Part shown: one piece after another, positions 13,721 to 26,684 of the stretch | How positions within the stretch are numbered: the first letter of the stretch is position 1 | How the letters are laid out: each line of letters opens with the position of its first letter | NCBI RefSeq assembly: GCF_001194135.2 | Contig: NC_068983.1 | Span: 30,731,253 to 30,795,252, forward strand | DNA from: Octopus bimaculoides | Taxonomy: Eukaryota | Direction of reading: 5' to 3' | DNA length: 64,000 nucleotides | The notes under the pieces: model-generated | The model's input: the letters and a program-made list of their open reading frames with translations, nothing else | Told to the model about the DNA's origin: nothing | Database searches by the model: none | Made by a program: the position numbers and the translations under genes

Positions 13721-14187
13721 AAATACATGTCTATTAGTCACATTTAGCTGGTTTGTGTGTTATGAGATCATTCTTATTGGGAGGACAGCTATAATTCAGT
13801 TTTAGAGTGTTTCTATTAAATAGTTTTCTCTAGTGGTGATTGATTTGAAAATACCTATTTATTAGAGGTATGATGTTTTTGGCAATACTAGACTTAATGC
13901 TCAGAGAAAAAGAAGGCATGAACAAGATGATGTGGCACATGCATCTGTGGTGTGTGTGTGTTTTGCCAATATACATTGGTGAAGGATATAAAGATCAGCA
14001 AAAATTTGGTGTTTTATGCATAAGTCCTTTGAGAAATTTGTTGTGCATCACATTATAGATATTCATTTGTCATTATCGTCATCTGAAATGCAGTGAACCA
14101 GTGTATGCTTCTGTTGGCAATCTGTAGCCAACAGCGCCATTGTTTAACAAATATGATATGAAATAAAAACAGATAAATAAAATACTA

Positions 14188-14235
<48 letters not shown>

Positions 14236-14349
14236 CCCTCTGTTACTGTACATATACGCATATCTGTGTGTGTGTGTGTGTATAAGTATTGTATATATAC
14301 AAATATATATATATATATGCATACATATATATGCATATATATGTGAGTG

Positions 14350-14386
<37 letters not shown>

Positions 14387-14593
14387 GCATNNNNNNNNNN
14401 NNNNNNNNNNNNNNNNNNNNNNNNNNNNNNNNNNNNNNNNNNNNNNNNNNNNNNNNNNNNNNNNNNNNNNNNNNNNNNNNNNNNNNNNNNNNNNNNNNNN
14501 NNNNNNNNNNNNNNNNNNNNNNNNNNNNNNNNNNNNNNNNNNNNNNNNNNNNNNNNNNNNNNNNNNNNNNNNNNNNNNNNNNNNNNNNNNNNN

Positions 14594-14652
<59 letters not shown>

Positions 14653-14687
14653 ATATATATATATGTATATATATATATAATTTCCAG

Positions 14688-14780
14688 TGGCAACTTGGAA
14701 GGAGAAACACTGATCTCATGTAGCCAGATGGTTAGACAGCTTGTGAGGAGGGAGCAAGCAAAGTCATTGGCAACAACTGA
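14688..14780 (+). CDS. Candidate internal exon (phase 2-2), GNLEGETLISCSQMVRQLVRREQAKSLATT; product unknown
   Basis: tttccag acceptor, GA|gtaagg donor, 93 nt open, not in a recognised repeat; no homology recognised. Confidence 0.25.
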
Positions 14781-15386
14781 GTAAGGAAGAGTTAATGAAT
14801 TCCACTCAATGAAATTCAATGATTTCAGACAATTGAAAGAAAATCCAAAATGTCAATTCTAAGAGAGACAGCATGAAATGCAGAGACTTCCACTCCAATG
14901 TGTGTGTGTGTGCGTGCGTGTGTACAGAGAGAGAGAAAAGGGCAGAGAAGGGAGAGAGAAACACAACTGGATAAAGTAATGAATTCAACACAATGAACTG
15001 GAGTATTATAATAAAACCTATTTTAAGCTGCAACTTCTCAAATTGTGACTCTGGGATTCATGTTTTACCAATTCCCAAATAATAAAAGAAATGAATCAGA
15101 TGATTTTGTTTCTTTATATACCAAACCAAAATGGTTGAATGTGCAATGCTCGTTAACAATCAAAGACCTTTTGATTTGGTTAGACTGTATATAACAGTAT
15201 TATGCAAGACTACTCAGTGTTTACCTGCAAGGCATTCTGAAATATTTCAATATAAAAATTCTTACTCGTGATAATAAAAATATTGAATGATAGATGCTTG
15301 TAAACAAAAGAAAATCTTTTGTTTGTTTTCTAATGGACAATTTTAGGTGTCAAAGTAATTACACCAGGAGGAAGACCTAGATATAG

Positions 15387-15536
15387 CAAGCTTCTTACCA
15401 CATGGTTCCGGGTTCAGTCCCACTGTGTGGAACTTTGGGCAAGCATCTTCTATTATAGCCTCAGGTTGACCAAAGCCTTGTGAGTGGATTTGGTAGACAG
15501 AAACTGAAAGACGCCTGTTGTGTATACACATGCACA

Positions 15537-15574
<38 letters not shown>

Positions 15575-15800
15575 CATATCTTTGTGTTTGTGTTTGTCCC
15601 TCCCACCACTTGGTGGTGATGTGTTTGCATCCCCATAACTTAGTGGTCTGGCAGAGAGACCAATAGAATAAGTACCATGCTTTAAAAAGGAGAATAAAAC
15701 CAAATGAAAGGTACTGGGTCATTTCATTTGACTAAAAATCTTCAAGGCAGTGCCCCAGCATGGCTGCAGTCTAATGACTGAAACAAGTAAAAGATAAAAG
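15387..15800 (+). mobile_element. 5'-truncated SINE family B
   Basis: ccacatggttccgggttcagtccc…ttgggcaag…(CA)n…atggctgcagtctaatgactgaaacaagtaaaag. Confidence 0.85.
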
Positions 15801-16509
15801 ATGTATACCAAGGTGTTCAATCATTAGGTATTTAAAACTACTTCAGCAAATATATTCTGATTTATTGGTGCTGAGAGGTTGCTTAAGTTAGAATTCACAT
15901 GGAACAATATAATCATCTCTACTGAAATACAAAGATCACTGCAATTGGTACCCTGATTATAAGGTCTGGTTTGTTATGATGACTTTCAAATAATTTTATA
16001 GTTTTGATAATGCTATTTTCTGAAGACTAGATGTACCTCAGCAAACACATGGGTAAAAATCCATCTCAGGATCTCTGAATGTATGTGAACATTTATTGAA
16101 TATTTATTTGAAAAGAATCTCAGTCAAGTCAGAATAATCTCGAGAAACCAAATTATAAACTATAAATACTTTCACACAATAAACTACCAATCTCAAAAGA
16201 CAGAAATTATTTAATGGATAATTTTAGGAGTCAAAGTAATTACACCAGGAGGAAGACTTGGATATAGACAGCTGTTTATGATTCTCATCACAAAGATTTC
16301 TGTAGGAAAATTAAATGCACAATTAAAACCCAATTTAACAGTATTCTTGTTAAAAATTATATGATATTACTGATTTATCTAAATTTAAAGAAATGGTTTG
16401 TGATTCTACCGCCCATACCATGACTAAATGTAGTAGTACACCAAACAACTTTCGTGTTTTCCATTCCTTAGTGTTTGTGAATTAGCATCATGTTCATCAT
16501 CCTCATCAT

Positions 16510-17057
16510 TAAGACATGAGTTAGCAGAATTGTTAGCATGTCAAACAAAATTCTGAGACCAAATTCTATCAAGGTTCATTTTTCCCCTTCCATCCTTTTG
16601 AGATGGATAAAATAACAGTTGAGTATTATGATCAATGTAATTAACTTTCCCCTCCTCTTAAAACTGCTGGCCATGTGGAATTGACGGAATTATTAGCAAA
16701 CAAGATGAAATGCTTTGCAGCATTTCTTCTGGCTATACATCCTGAGTTCAAATTCCACCAAGGCCAACTTTACCTTTCATCCTTTTAGGAGTTGATAAAA
16801 TAAGTACCATTGAAGCAGATAATTTTAGGGGTTGATAAAATAAGTACCAGTGAAGTAGGTACTAATTTTGCACCTCCTGAAAAATTTCAGGCCTTGTGCC
16901 TATAATAGAAAGGAATATTAAGGTGGTAAGCAGGAAGAACTGCCAGCACATTGGACAGCATTTCATCTGGCTTTACATTCTGAGTTCACATTCTGCTGAA
17001 GTCAATTTTGCCTTTCATCCTATTGAGGTCCATAAAACAGGTACCAGTCAAGCAGTA

Positions 17058-17092
<35 letters not shown>

Positions 17093-17302
17093 TGGTGGGG
17101 TGGGTGTCAACATAAATGACTTACCTCCTCCACCAAAATGTCTGGCTTTGTGCCAAAATTTGGAAGCATTATTAATATTATTATTGCCTTTTGGGACCAA
17201 TGAAATAAGTACCACTGGAGCACTGGAGTCAATGTAATTGACTAACTTCCTTCCCCCACCCCTTAAATTTCAAGCCTTGTGCCTATAGTAGAAAGGATTA
17301 TT

Positions 17303-17333
<31 letters not shown>

Positions 17334-17551
17334 GGTGTCAAACTGGAAGAATCGTTAGTATGCCAGGCATTTTATCTGTCCTTACGTTCTGAGTTCAAAG
17401 TCCAGCAAGGTTGACTTCACCTGTCATCCATTTGGGGTTGATGAAATAAGTACCAGTTATGCACTGGGGCTGATGTAATCGACTAGTCCCCTTCCCCAAA
17501 ATTTCAGGCCTTGTGCCTATAGTAAAAAGGATTATTATTATTATTATTATC

Positions 17552-17582
<31 letters not shown>

Positions 17583-17819
17583 GGCAGAAACATTAGCAGC
17601 CGGGTTAAATGCTTAGCAGTATTTCGTCTGTCTCTATGTTCTGAGTTCAAGTTCTGCTGAGGTCAACTTTGCCTTTCATCCTTTCGGGGTCAATAAATTA
17701 AGTACCAGTTGCGCACCGGGGTCAATCTAATCGACTGGCCCCCTCTCCGAAAATCTCGGGCCTTGTGCCTAGACTAAAAGAATTTATTATTATTATCATT
17801 ATTATTATCATTATTATCA

Positions 17820-17840
<21 letters not shown>
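16510..17840 (+). mobile_element. Cluster of about seven head-to-tail family A SINEs
   Basis: Recurrent ctgagttcaaa / cctttcatcc / aaataagtacca / ggccttgtgcc modules separated by (ATT)n. Confidence 0.8.
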
Positions 17841-17863
<23 letters not shown>

Positions 17864-18204
17864 TCTTAAAACCATGTGTTTCTATGCAACATTATAATTA
17901 GAGGCTGCTATATTGAAGGAAGCCATACCAGATGAAACAGTAGATAATGGTAATGTAACATTTTTTTTCTGCTAAATCATTCTTAATGGCAAATGAGTGG
18001 TTTGAAGTAATATCTACATGCAATAATTTTTAAATTGGATTCCTAAATGGTGGTGAATATTTGTTTGTTTTTATATCAAGGGGAATATAATATCAAAGGG
18101 ATTTTCTATCTTTAACAGGCATATTTTGTCACTGCATTTTATGCTTTACTGATTTTCAGGCAATAAGGAAAATGAATCGAATGATCTTATAGTTTACAAC
18201 ACCA

Positions 18205-18480
18205 TCACCACCACCACCATCATCCTTATCATTTTAACATTCACTTTTTTCATGCTTGCATGGCTGGGTTAGAATTTATTGATACAGATTAGCAGATTTT
18301 CAATAGTCCAATGCCCTTCCTGTCACCAACCTTTCCCTGTTTCCAAACAAGGTGACATTCCCTCTTCATGGCCAGACATGTTTCCACAGAAGATTGGAAA
18401 GAGATATCACTTCTTATATGATAGTGACATGACACTTGTGTATAACTATCACATGATGCTAAGACATAATGTCACCAACA
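18205..18480 (-). mobile_element. RTE-tailed short element family F
   Basis: Homologous to 30655-30856, 56400-56612 and 61155-61382; tail catgcaagcatg..aaaagtg.atgttaaa. Confidence 0.65.
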
Positions 18481-18639
18481 CCAACATATACATATATAAT
18501 GCAAGACTCTTTCTCAAGTTCCAAATGTGAATTTGTCTGTGTTAACTACATCCCAAAGATGGAGCCTTGTATCTTTGTTAGAAACTGGCTCCCTCCTCAG
18601 TGGAAGATTTATAATAATTAAGAAATAGAAGAGACATAC

Positions 18640-18945
18640 ATAACTGACATTCTGTTGGTTATGACAAGGAGGATTCCAGATGATCTGACCAAAGGAACGG
18701 CCTGCTTGTGAAATTAACATGCAAGTGACTGAGCACTCTACAGACATGTATAACCTTAATGTAGTTCTCAGAGAGATTCCGCGTGAAACAGAATTTCACA
18801 AGGGCGGTCCTTTGAAATACAGGTACTACTCATTTTTGCCAGCTGAGTGGGCTGGCGCAATATGGAATAAAGTGTCTTGCTCAAGGACAGAATGTGCCAC
18901 TGGGAATCGAACTCACAACTTTACGATCATAGGCTGAATACCCTA
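18640..18945 (-). mobile_element. SINE family H (E-type head plus D-type tail), diverged
   Basis: Reverse complement aligns by eye to 24921-25317 across both modules. Confidence 0.7.
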
Positions 18946-19116
18946 CATACATATATACATACATACATGCATACATACACACATACATACACATACACAC
19001 ACACACATGCACCTCAAATGTAAAGTTTTTCCCTGAAGATGGAGGCTGGTATTATCCAATGATAGAATCAATTTACAATCATTATTTTGGACTACCAAGC
19101 CCCTAGAAACAGCTGT

Positions 19117-19350
19117 AAGGTGGCGAGCTGGCAGAAACGTTAGCACGCCGGGTGAAATGCTTAGTGGTATTTTGTCTGCCTCTATGTTCTGAGTTCAAAT
19201 TCTGCCGAGGTCGACTTTGCGCTTTCATCCTTTCGGGGTCAATTAAATAAGTACCAGTTACGCACTGGGGTCAATATAATCGACTTAATCCGTTTGTCTG
19301 TCTTTGTTTGTCTCCTCTGTGTGTAGCCCCTTGTGGGCAATAAAGAAATA
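19117..19350 (+). mobile_element. Full-length family A1 SINE (Meta-domain-like core)
   Basis: Perfect 12-bp TSD agaaacagctgt (19105-19116, 19351-19362); core gctttcatcctttcggggtc…aaataagtaccag resembles the MetaSINE/Sauria domain (recalled, not searched). Confidence 0.9.
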
Positions 19351-20550
19351 AGAAACAGCTGTTGGACTTGTAAAACTCTTATTCAACCCCTTTAATTCCT
19401 GATATCAGTTCTATTCTGTGTAAGTGGACCTTTTTATATGTAAATATATGTACATTCTTTGTATTAAATGTATTTAATAATTTTTGTATATCAGCTTGCC
19501 AAGCCTGTTTATCTCTACATTTTCTCCCATACATACATACATACATACATACATACACCCATTTACAAAAGAAAATCTTATAATTTAGTTGGAGCATGTA
19601 ACAGCATCATACAAGATTGTTAAACATTCACTCAGTAAGCATTTTGAAAACGTTTTGGCAAAAAAATTTGACTCATGACACACTAGCATTGAATGCGAGA
19701 TACATGTTAACAAGAATATGATAAGAAGCTGTTTGATGCCCAGAGCTAATATAGCTTTGTCACTATAAATTGCAATATTTGCTGAAATATTTTAAAATGC
19801 TCATTGTTTGAAGGTCAGGTCATACAGTGCTACACTGATACATGCTGCAAACAAATCAAAAGACCTTCTATTGTTAGTGGATACTTTCAGCAGCTTTTAT
19901 TTAATATATATATATAAATATAAGACTATTTGATATGTTTCTAACATTACTTAGAAATCAGTAAAATGTAAAACTCAGAGTGGCAATGTGTGAAGTTTCA
20001 GCTTAAAATAAATTTCCTTACACACATACACACACACACAAAGAAAAGAAAAGGGACAGAGAGAAGAATATAAAGAGAAACTGTTTAATTGATGAATATT
20101 TATCTAAGATCAATATTTGTCGATGTGAGATTTTAAAAAGGAAGATGTGTGTAAGTGTGCGTGTGTGAGTGTACGTGCATGCATGTATATGTGCGTGTGT
20201 GTGTGGTGTATTTATGCATGTGTGTAAACTGATGTGTGAATGTACTTGGGTGGATGTATGCATGTATGTAGGTTTGTGTGTTAAGCATACATATTTGTAT
20301 GTTGTGTAGGTGGGTGTATCTAGTAGAATGTAAGTGCGCGTGCACGTGTGTGTATGTTTGCGTATGTGTGTGTGTGTTCATGTGCATTTTCAAATAAAAT
20401 CAATGAATGTTGATACACATATGCACACATACATACATGCACGCACACACACACACAGGTTTGATAAATGAAGGCAAAAGTGGATGACTGCCTACTGAGA
20501 GACACCGTCCTTCATCATGTTCTTCTTCTTCTTCTTCTTCTTCTCCTTAC

Positions 20551-20607
<57 letters not shown>

Positions 20608-20816
20608 CGTCATCATTATTGCAGTGGTGGTAGTGATAGTGAATGATGACAGTTTATTTGTGAAAAATTTTATAAAAATGCCAAAAATATTGATGAGATT
20701 AGAAACTGGAAGAGTGTGTATGTGTGTGTGTGTGTGTGTGTGTATGAGGGGAGAAAGAATATCTAACTGCATGTGCATTGAGATGTTTATGTGCTTTTAA
20801 GCATGTTTTTGTAGGA

Positions 20817-20854
<38 letters not shown>

Positions 20855-20887
20855 AAGCATAGGTGTTTGACTAAGCAGCTGTGTGTG

Positions 20888-20926
<39 letters not shown>

Positions 20927-21727
20927 CTAACTATATGTGTGCCTATGTGCGTTTATGTGCATGAGTGTGGGCATGTGCCTAGATATGTGTTAGTCTGCTT
21001 TTAGATGTGTCCAGTATCCATGTTTTTGGGTAGTCTGAGACATTCTATTATGGACAGCTGTTGGATGACGGCAAGTAATGCNNNNNNNNNNNNNGGGGGG
21101 GGGGGGGTAGAAGAGTTGAGTAAGAAAAAATACAAAGATGAAGAAGAGGGGGCAAATGAGAAAAGCTTCAGAGGTTTAGGAGGAGAGATTAAGGAAAATG
21201 GAGAAAGAAAATGAAGGCTTTGGAGGTAAAGGAAAAAAAAAAAAAAGATGCAGATGAAGAAAGGGTTGGTGTGAGAAAAAAAACGGTTGATTGATCAGAG
21301 GTGGTAGTGGTAAAGTGTGGGTGGAGGGGACGGCAAAAAATGGGAGGAGAAAGAAAAAGAAGAGTAGAAAAGAGAGAGAGAGATAGAGGAGAGGTGTGAA
21401 AGTGAAGTGAGGAGAAGGTGGAAATGAATCGGGAGGATGTTTTCTCTTTTAATTTTTACTCGTTCCAGTCATTGGATGGCAACCATGCTGAGGTACCATT
21501 TTGAAGGGTTATTTGAACAAGTTGACCCCTGTACTTATTTTCTTTTTAAAGTCTGATACCTGGTACTTATTCTATCAATCCTTTTTTGTCTCTCTTGTCA
21601 AATCACTAAGTTATGGGGACATAAAGAAACCAGCACCAGTTCTCAAGTAATAGTGGTGTTGGGGGGGGGGCACAAACACATGCATACATATATACATGAA
21701 AACACACAAGCATACATACACACACAC

Positions 21728-21775
<48 letters not shown>

Positions 21776-22450
21776 CAACTCCCATACTTATTTTTAAGTC
21801 TGGCACTTATCCTATCAGTCTTTTTTTACAGGGATGTAAACAGACCAATACCAGTTGTCAAGTAGTGCTGGGAGACAAACACACACTTGTCCAAAGTACC
21901 ATGCAGAGGTCCCTGCATGTTCGATTCCTAGACTGAGTGGTGCTCTTGAGCAAAACATTTAGTTTCCCATTGCTCCAGTCCACTAAATTATAAATGAATG
22001 ACCCAGTGATGGACTAGCCTTCCAATCAGAGGGAATGTTGGCCTGTTCACTTGACCAGTGGGATGTGATGGCATCATTCAAAAACTAAAACAACACTGAG
22101 TGCATTGTGTGCAGCATTGTGTAACAACATCCTAATTAGGAGCAAAGGGCTTAAGTAAGTAAGTGCAGTACTGCAGGATTTGACCTCAGAACATAAAGAG
22201 TGAGAACAAATATAAAACATCCCATCCAATAATCTAATTCTACCAGTGCACTACTTTTGACTAACACTTATTTGTCGACCTTGGAAAGATAAAAGATGAA
22301 ATTCACCTAGGTGGGATTTGATCTCAGAATGCAAAAAGCTGGTATAAATAGCACAAGACATTTCATTAACTGACTCTGTTGTTGTGAAGCAAAATTCTTA
22401 ACCAGACAGCTGTGTCTGCACCCAGTTAAACTTAATGTGAGCAAAACTCT

Positions 22451-22500
<50 letters not shown>

Positions 22501-23479
22501 AATGAAATATTTAAGAGGTCACAAGAGTGCACATATCTGATGTTTAACTCATTTTGTATTACATGGTTGAAAGAGAAATCCTCCACTCCTAATTCCTTGA
22601 ATAAGATATGTGTTCTACTCCTGGAAACTTTCCATGTTAAGGTAAAGTAAGGAGAGTAGACTCCAGAGAATGTCTTTCATTCAAAGATAAAATGGTTTTC
22701 CTGCTGTAAGATTTGAAATCAAGATCTGTAAGACAGTCACCTGAGTATTTATCTATTGAAAATTTTTCTAACTCAGTCGTATTAGAAAAGTTCAGACTTG
22801 AAATAGAGAGGGGGCATCATTGATGGGATGAATGACAACAAAAGGATTTTGAAAAACCTAACTGATTGACTGAACAATTGATTAGTTAAATGGTTATGCA
22901 ATTAACCAAGTGGCAAATAAAAATAATAACGAAGTGAAATAGAACCTGTATGCAGGTTTGTTATTGGTATAATGACTCTCCTGAGATACAACAAAATATG
23001 TTTTAACACATGAGATCACAATAAAAATCTTGCAAACCAAACAGAAACATGAAATATTTTCATTTATTATTTTTTTTGATTTTTATAGAAAAGATAGGAT
23101 AGTAATACCCATGGCTTTTCTTCAGGGTTTCTGAGACTTGTATTTAGAAAGAGAGCTGTCTTGAATACTTACAACAGAGTAGACCCTGCTTAAGGCACTC
23201 AAGGGTCATCTGGTGAATTTCTTAAGAATACCATTCGAATCTTGCACATAAATGTATATAAAAGCTGTTTACTGTTTGCTTAGCTTCTAGCTTTTACTTG
23301 TCTTAGTCATTTGACTACAACCTTGTGGGGTTTAGTTGAGCATATCGGCTCCTATATTTATTTTTAAGTCTGGTTATTATTTCATCAGTCTCTTTTGTCA
23401 AAAGCATCAAGTTATAGGGATGTACATAAAGTAACACCATTTATAGAGAGGTAAGGTGGGGGAGAAACACACACACACA

Positions 23480-24058
23480 CCATGTGTGGTACCTTGGACA
23501 AGTATCTTCTCCTATAGCTTTGGGCCAACCAAAGCCTTGTGAGTGGATCTGGTAGATGGAAACTAAAAAAAAGCCAGGTGTATATGTATGTGTGTGTGTA
23601 TGTGTTTGTGTAAGCGTGTACATGTGTGTATGTGAGTGAGTGTGTTTGTGTTTGCCCCACACCACAGCTTGACAACTGGTGTTGGTTTGTTTATGTCCCT
23701 GTAACTTATTGGTTTGGCAAAGAGACTGACAGAATAAGTACCTGGTTTAAAAAAAAAAAATTACTGGGATCATTCTGCTTGACTAAACCCTTTAAGGCAG
23801 TACCCCAGCTTGGCCATAGTCCAATGACTGAAAGAAGTAAAAGAATAAAAGAATATACATACATATGCACAAACATACATATATATGTATATAGGTGCAG
23901 GAGTGGCTGTATAGTAAGTAGCTTGCTTACCAACCACATGGTTCCGGGTTCAGTCCCACTGCGTGGCACCTTGGGCAAGTGTCTTCTACTATAGCCTCGG
24001 GCCGACCAAAGCCTTGTGAGTGGATTTGGTAGATGGAAACTGAACGAAGCCCGTCGTA

Positions 24059-24091
<33 letters not shown>

Positions 24092-24311
24092 GTATGTGTG
24101 TGTATATGTTTGTGTGTCTGTGTTTGTCCCACCAACATTGCTTGACAACCGATGCTGGTGTGTTTATGTCCCCGTAACTTAGCGGTTCGGCAAAAGAGAC
24201 CAATAGAATAAGTACTAGGCATCCAAAGAATAAGTCCTGGGGTCGATTTGCTTGACTAAAAGGTTGTGCTCCAGCATGGCCACAGTCAAATGACTGAAAC
24301 AAGTAAAAGAG
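23480..24311 (+). mobile_element. Two tandem family B SINEs (old 23480-23860, young 23892-24311)
   Basis: tRNA-like head ggagtggctgt…ggttcagtccc, CORE-like caccttgggcaagtg, central (TA)/(TG) tract, terminal cagtc-aaat-gactg stem-loop. Confidence 0.9.
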
Positions 24312-24920
24312 TATGTATATACACACATGTGCACTTACACATACATACATAAGGAAAACCTCAAGTTAGCAGTAAAAAAAATGACACGTTCTGTTGATTT
24401 GATGAAAAAGCAAATTTGTGTGGTTACAGAGTGATTGACCTTTAACTGAAAATAGTTGAATAAAAGCAATTCAATAATAGCAGAAGTATAAAAGACTTAC
24501 AAAGGATTTATGATAATCAATACAAGATCAGTAAGAGGAATGGAAATGGTGGGAAGGTACGCAAATAGCTTAGCTTCATCAGATAAATTAATATTTAAGT
24601 CTGGCAGGGTAAACACCATTTTTAGATTTGAATAAACCTAGGTAGAAAAATAATCAATATTTGTAATTATAATGTCTAACTAATAACTCTAACACGTTAC
24701 CTGGCTTAACATGATCTCCTGGGCCTTAGGTGCCTTTAGTTTGTGAGGTAAGCTAATCAATTAAATGCTCTAAACTGATCCCAGAGGAATTCATTCTGTT
24801 GCAAGCATTCAAGCTACCCCACTCCACTGTTAGATTTATCCTGCAGATATTGATGTACAGATGTTTAGGCTGAACATAAGCACCATACCCGCTTATCTAA
24901 TTAACTTATGTCAACTATTA

Positions 24921-25317
24921 TGAAGGCGCGTGGCTTAGTGGTTAGGGCATTCGGCCCACGATTGTAAGGTCGTGAGTTTGATTCCCGGCGACACGTTGTG
25001 TCCTTGAGTGGTTAGGGCATTCGGCCCACGATTGTAAGGTCGTGAGTTTGATTCCCGGCGACGAATTGTGTCCTTGAGCAAGACACTTTATTTCACGTTG
25101 CTCCAGTCCACTCAGCTGGCAAAAATGAGTAGTACCTGTATTTCAAATGGCCGGCCTTGTCACACTCTGTGTCACGCTGAATCTCCCTGAGAACTACGTT
25201 AGGGGTACACGTGTCTGTGGATTACTCAGTCACTTGCACGTTAATTTCAGAGCAAGCTGTTCCGTTGATCGTATCAGCTGGGACCCTCGTCGTCGTAACC
25301 GACGGAGTGCTCCTCTC
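24921..25317 (+). mobile_element. SINE family H with duplicated head
   Basis: 9-bp TSD caactatta (24912-24920, 25318-25326); 70-bp internal tandem duplication 24937-25076. Confidence 0.85.
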
Positions 25318-25462
25318 CAACTATTACACTTAATTTCATATAGTAAATTTTTGCTATCATCATTTGGCAGCAAAGAGGTAAAAGGTGAGAGAACCCTGAT
25401 GAGCCGTAAGAATGACAGAGCTAATTATTTTCATTATTTATATTAGTTACATTTGATGGATT

Positions 25463-26130
25463 GCTCAGTTTCTAAAACATCATGCAAAGAATATAAGTAG
25501 TGGTCATGATACAGACCACGAAGAAATGATCAAGCTCAATAACAATCTATTAAGCAACAACTACCCCAAAAATATACTTTCCACTCCAATTAGGAAGAAA
25601 AGAGGGGATGAAACCAATAAACTGTCCACAGTCTGTCTACCCTATGTGAAAGGCCTCTTGGAAAAGATAGAAAAGATATGCGGCCCATATGATGTCAGGA
25701 CAGTATTCAAGAGTAATACAACACTTCGCAAATTTCTCCTTCAAATGAAACCACTAATAGAAGAGAATATGACCAAAGACTGCATGTACTCCATCCCATG
25801 GTGTGGTAGGTTATACAAAGGCGAAACATGTCGCCCCCTCAAAATAAGGGTAGACGAACATCGCAAACCTGTGACTTGGGGAGATATTGATAAATCGGGT
25901 ATTGCTGATCATGTAGAGAAAAATGGAGACCACCTCCCCCTGTGGGATAAAATTACAATAATAGATAGAGAACACTGCTGGAAAATATGAAAACTAAAAG
26001 AAGCAGCACATATGCTAGGACACAACAACCTCCTAAGCAGACTGAGTGCAGATATGAGTAGCATATGGGAACCAGTATTAAGGAAGGATAGAAAAATATT
26101 AGATTTATAAGCCCTAAAATTCACTCCATA
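25463..26130 (+). mobile_element. Penelope-like element ORF 3' end (RT C-terminus plus GIY-YIG endonuclease), decayed
   Basis: LLSNNYPKNI…VCLPYVKGLLEKIEKIC…VRTVFKS…CMYSIPWCGRLYKGETCRPLKIRVDEH…SGIADH; continues past a stop as KLKEAAHM. Confidence 0.93.
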
Positions 26131-26138
26131 ATTGGCCA

Positions 26139-26212
26139 GGGGCATATGGCGTAGTGGTTAAGAGCACAGGCTACTAACCCCAAGATTCTGAGTTCGATTC
26201 CAAGCAGTGACC
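26139..26212 (+). promoter_or_regulatory. tRNA-like Pol III head (A and B box) directly downstream of the Penelope-like ORF
   Basis: A box tggcgtagtggtt, B box gagttcgattcc, 7-nt CTACTAA loop; acceptor stem does not pair, so not a tRNA gene. Confidence 0.75.
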
Positions 26213-26288
26213 TGAATAATAATATAATAATAATAATAACATCGTAAAATACCTTAGGAATGAGAGCTCAGGTTCGAAATTTCCCCAA

Positions 26289-26332
26289 GACACCTGAAGA
26301 AGGCTGGAGGCGGGTATTAGCTGAAACGTGTT
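26289..26332 (+). ncRNA. Degenerate minimal hammerhead-like motif
   Basis: gacac-CTGAAGA-a-ggctgg…ttagct-GAAAC-gtgtt; gacac/gtgtt pair; no room for stem III or the NUH triplet in this copy. Confidence 0.5.
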
Positions 26333-26684
26333 AACAACAAACAAGATGAGGACAAATACCTCTCAAATGTAAATAATGTAAACAATGTGCATAATTCCTC
26401 ATCTCTTAAATATAGAACTGTATAATTTTTTTCAGTCCTCATCCAAAGCTACTGAATGATCTAATTTCACAGCAAGAGTAAATACATAGTATGGGATATG
26501 ACACTAAACACACTTTCTATCTCTCTCACACACACACACACACATAAATGTAGAATCGTAAGGAAGCACAGAGGCAGAATAATATGTGAGTATAAATAAC
26601 TCCAAAAAGCCATCTGCATGAAAAACAACACTGCTTTGATCACCAAAGATCTAAGCCCAAAATAATTATGACGAGATATATCTC

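Noticed and set aside
16229-16270. RPL34-like TPGGRL motif
   Set aside because: Only a 6-residue resemblance; flanking residues do not fit the ribosomal protein.
16510-17840. CRISPR-like array of repeats and spacers
   Set aside because: Units are ~200-bp diverged SINEs with irregular spacing; eukaryotic context, no cas genes.
26139-26212. Functional tRNA gene
   Set aside because: Acceptor and anticodon stems do not pair; it is a tRNA-derived head. The same applies to all SINE heads here.
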